Shown: piece by piece, positions 61,668-64,000 of the stretch
Layout of the letters: each line of letters begins with the position of its first letter
Numbering within the stretch: position 1 is the stretch's first letter
From: Candidatus Omnitrophota bacterium
GTDB lineage: Bacteria; Omnitrophota; Gorgyraeia; DTHP01
Reading direction: 5' to 3'
Assembly: GCA_023819145.1 (NCBI GenBank)
Contig: JAMWCW010000003.1
Location: 78,887-142,886, forward strand
Length of the DNA stretch: 64,000 bases
The notes under the pieces: model-generated
What the model saw: the letters and a program-made list of their open reading frames with translations, nothing else
What the model was told of the DNA's origin: nothing
Database searches by the model: none
Position numbers and translations under genes: made by a program

Positions 61668-61707
61668 TTTGCACCTCCATTCTTGGTTAAATGTTAACTG
61701 GTTTTAA

Positions 61708-62187
61708 CTAAATTTGTTTGACGATGACACGATTGCCTTCTGTTTTTATGACTAAAACTTGTTTATTCTGTTCAATGAATACCCCTCCTTCAGAGAGTGC
61801 ATCGATTCTTTTCCCTTCAATTAAGCATATTCCAACAGGGCGAAGAGGTGAGATGGTTTTCCCTATTTTGTTGACTAAACTACTTAAATCGCCTTTAAAG
61901 GGTTTAAAACCTGCTTCTTTCGTTTCCTGATGTTCCAAACGGAGTTTTTTCCAGATTTTGGTTTTGGGAAAGAGCCTCCATGATAAAATAATAAGCATCA
62001 AACTGCCTAAAGAAACAATCAATCCTAATCCAAGGTTTAATTTTGTCCAAGCGAAATAGGAAGCAAGGATTAAAGAGGCAATTCCACTCATTCCCAGTAT
62101 GCCAAAACCGGGAATAATTAAAATCTCAATGGCTAAAAGCACATAGCCTAATAAAATAAGCGTTAAAACCAATAACCAATTAGGCAT
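61708..62187 (-). CDS. NfeD-family membrane protein (short form, OB-fold C-terminus)
   Basis: Three TM helices plus a C-terminal beta-barrel (GKTISPLRPVGICLIEGKRIDALSEG); paired with floA. Confidence 0.7.
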   Translation of the reverse strand: MPNWLLVLTLILLGYVLLAIEILIIPGFGILGMSGIASLILASYFAWTKLNLGLGLIVSLGSLMLIILSWRLFPKTKIWKKLRLEHQETKEAGFKPFKGDLSSLVNKIGKTISPLRPVGICLIEGKRIDALSEGGVFIEQNKQVLVIKTEGNRVIVKQI

Positions 62188-62221
62188 TATCTTATTCCTT
62201 GATTTATTTGTAAATCAGGAA

Positions 62222-63739
62222 TTAAATCGATTTAACTACTACTTTTGCTCCTTCGATACTTATGACTTTTACCTCTTTATCCTTTTCAATAAATTCACCT
62301 TCGCTGATTACATCCAGGACTTTTCCCGAGAATTCTGCCTTACCCGATGGTCTAAGATAGGTAATAGTTTTACCTATTTTACCGATTAAATTTTCTTTAG
62401 TCAAATCAATAGTACTGTAACCTTCTTCTTTAGATTCTTTCTCTTGTAAAATTATTCTTTTCCAGAGTCCGGTGCGAGGAAGAAAATTTATGGACAACAG
62501 TAACACTACCAAAGTAGCAAAGAAAGAGTAAACAACAACCTGAAATGCTTGAAGTAGTTCTCTGTGCGGGGTATGCAAGGGGTGTTTAATTAAAGCTAAG
62601 AAAATGCTAACCAAAAGCAGTATTCCTCCTGAGATTCCTGCGAAGCCAAATCCGGGAAAGACAAAAATTTCTAAAAAGATTAGAATCAGTGCAAGGATGA
62701 AAAATATTATCTCCGTCCAGTTTGCTAGACCTACAAGATAATGTCCCCAGAAAAATAGTGCTAAAGAAATTACCCCCAAGGTTCCTGCTATCCCCCAGCC
62801 AGGGATTTTTATCTCAAAGATAATTCCCAAGAAACCCAACGTTAAAAGTAAGGAACTCACAATTGGATGGGTCAAGAAGCGCACCAGATTTTCCGACCAG
62901 CTGGGTTTAGGTTCAAACATTTCTTTTTCTTTTAGATTTAAAAACGCAAGGAGTTCTTCGCGCTGAGAAATAATTTTTTTTACCATCCCCAATTCTTTTG
63001 CCTCTTCGGCAGTGAGATTGAGAAGTTTACCTTTTTCTGTCACGGTTTTTATTATTTTTATTTTTTCTTCTCCCAGTTCACTTTTTTTCTCTGCAACTTC
63101 CTCAGGGTAAAGGATAAAATTTTCTTCACCGATTCTTACCAATTTTAATTCTAAATCTTTATCCACAAAAGCCTCTGCCAATTTAGGACTGTGTTTATTT
63201 GCTTCTGCGGTAGCTTTAAATTTCGCTCTTAAAGCGGAAATGGTTTTTTCGTCTTTTACTTCTTCTTCATTACCCATGCCTATGGCACGGGGTTCTGCGG
63301 AGCCAATACTTGAACCAGGAGTCATGTAAATTTCTTCACAGGCAAGAGAAATCAATGCCCCTGCAGACCAGGCTTCACCTAACACAAATGCCTTTACGGG
63401 AATGGGCTTTAGCTCTTCCAAGGATTTAACAATTTCCCCAGCAGCATCCACTCTTCCCCCAAAAGTATCAATCTCTACTATTACTGCAGAGGCGTGTTCT
63501 TCCTTTGCTTCTCTGGTTACGCGTTTAACAAATGCCGAAAGCCCCAAGTCAATTACCCCTTTTATGGGGACGACATAAACCGCACTTTTTTCCTGACTAT
63601 ATCCGGAATTTAATAACCCCCCTAACCCGTAACCAAGAACCAGTAACCAAAGAAATAATTTGGGAAATCTCTTAAAAATCTGTGCAATCATAGTTATTAA
63701 TATACCATTCAAATCTGGATGTGTCAATTGTATTGACAT
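62222..63739 (-). CDS. NfeD-family membrane-bound ClpP-class serine protease (YqeZ-like long form)
   Basis: ClpP-like domain (VVPIKGVID...EIDTFGGRVDAA...GEAWSAGALISLAC), multi-TM region, C-terminal OB domain. The true start is probably the internal M (MIAQIF...) at 63691. Confidence 0.8.
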   Translation of the reverse strand: MSIQLTHPDLNGILITMIAQIFKRFPKLFLWLLVLGYGLGGLLNSGYSQEKSAVYVVPIKGVIDLGLSAFVKRVTREAKEEHASAVIVEIDTFGGRVDAAGEIVKSLEELKPIPVKAFVLGEAWSAGALISLACEEIYMTPGSSIGSAEPRAIGMGNEEEVKDEKTISALRAKFKATAEANKHSPKLAEAFVDKDLELKLVRIGEENFILYPEEVAEKKSELGEEKIKIIKTVTEKGKLLNLTAEEAKELGMVKKIISQREELLAFLNLKEKEMFEPKPSWSENLVRFLTHPIVSSLLLTLGFLGIIFEIKIPGWGIAGTLGVISLALFFWGHYLVGLANWTEIIFFILALILIFLEIFVFPGFGFAGISGGILLLVSIFLALIKHPLHTPHRELLQAFQVVVYSFFATLVVLLLSINFLPRTGLWKRIILQEKESKEEGYSTIDLTKENLIGKIGKTITYLRPSGKAEFSGKVLDVISEGEFIEKDKEVKVISIEGAKVVVKSI

Positions 63740-63760
63740 AAAAGGGTATTTTTGTTATTT
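63732..63760 (+). promoter_or_regulatory. Putative promoter for tRNA-Ala: TTGACA-N17-TATTTT with TGn (also TATAAT at 63768-63773)
   Basis: Same TTGACA-N17-TGnTAT... architecture as the cvpA and clpC promoters. Its spacer shares the 11-mer AAAAGGGTATT with the 33886 promoter. Confidence 0.4.
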
Positions 63761-63787
63761 TATTTGTCTATAATAGCAAAAATCTTT

Positions 63788-63863
63788 GGGGCCGTAGCTC
63801 AGTTGGGAGAGCAACAGGCTGGCAGTCTGTGGGTCAGGGGTTCAAATCCCCTCGGCTCCACCA
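63788..63863 (+). tRNA. tRNA-Ala (anticodon GGC), CCA encoded
   Basis: GGGGCCGTAGCTCAGTTGGGAGAGC... cloverleaf, G3:U70 alanine identity pair, anticodon loop CTGGCAG, T-loop GGTTCAAATCC, 3' CCA. Confidence 0.85.
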
Positions 63864-63938
63864 TATTGAATTATCCGCATCGCCCTCGCCTTCGGCTCGG
63901 GCTTCGGCAGGCAGATTGGCGAGGAAATTAAAAAGTTT

Positions 63939-64000
63939 ATGAAATCAATTGACACGCTTCAGAAATTTACCCCCACACCAATAAATTATGTATTATGTTT
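63939..64000 (+). CDS. Possible 5' end of a CDS (MKSIDTLQKFTPTPINYVLC...), truncated by the window edge
   Basis: ATG preceded by GAGGAAA 10 nt upstream; too short to classify. Confidence 0.15.
   Translation, partial: MKSIDTLQKFTPTPINYVLC

Noticed and set aside
63864-64000. Mobile element integrated at tRNA-Ala
   Set aside because: No integrase, transposase or recognisable direct repeat of the tRNA 3' end lies within the remaining 140 bp. It cannot be supported from this window; kept only as a low-interest structural observation.

Overview
This is an AT-rich bacterial chromosomal segment carrying about 65 protein genes, almost all on the + strand, and two tRNA genes. Most of it is housekeeping, arranged in a gene order strikingly like Firmicutes: mcsB-clpC ... 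radA-yacL-ispD-ispF-cysE-cysS, then tmk-holB-yaaT(ricT)-metG-tatD, then dnaG-rpoD, and a (-)-strand yqeZ(NfeD)-floA block. Diderm-type envelope genes (an AsmA-like protein and mlaEFD) sit inside the clpC-radA array. Two regions stand out as accessory. The first, at about 19.9-22.2 kb, is a small RiPP-like cassette wedged between metG and tatD. It consists of an HprK-related kinase, a PqqD-family peptide chaperone, an unannotated 45-aa candidate precursor peptide and a radical-SAM/SPASM maturase. The kinase and maturase are broken by homopolymer frameshifts and an in-frame amber codon, while the chaperone and peptide are intact. A TatD-radical-SAM fusion, a CPBP protease and a DUF362 Fe-S protein follow it. 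The second, at about 40.7-50 kb, is an island of individually promoted proteins with signal peptides or membrane anchors. It includes a 689-aa secreted PD-(D/E)XK nuclease-domain protein with a C-terminal His/Cys (caspase-like?) module, a signal-peptide-bearing SAM methyltransferase, a staphylococcal-type thermonuclease and a membrane-anchored uridine-kinase-like protein. A short intergenic motif (TCGAAATCCGAAA) recurs after four unrelated genes. Several sigma70-type promoters share a TTGACA-N17-TGnTATAAT architecture. All calls rest on reading the sequence and ORF translations by eye; no searches were run.
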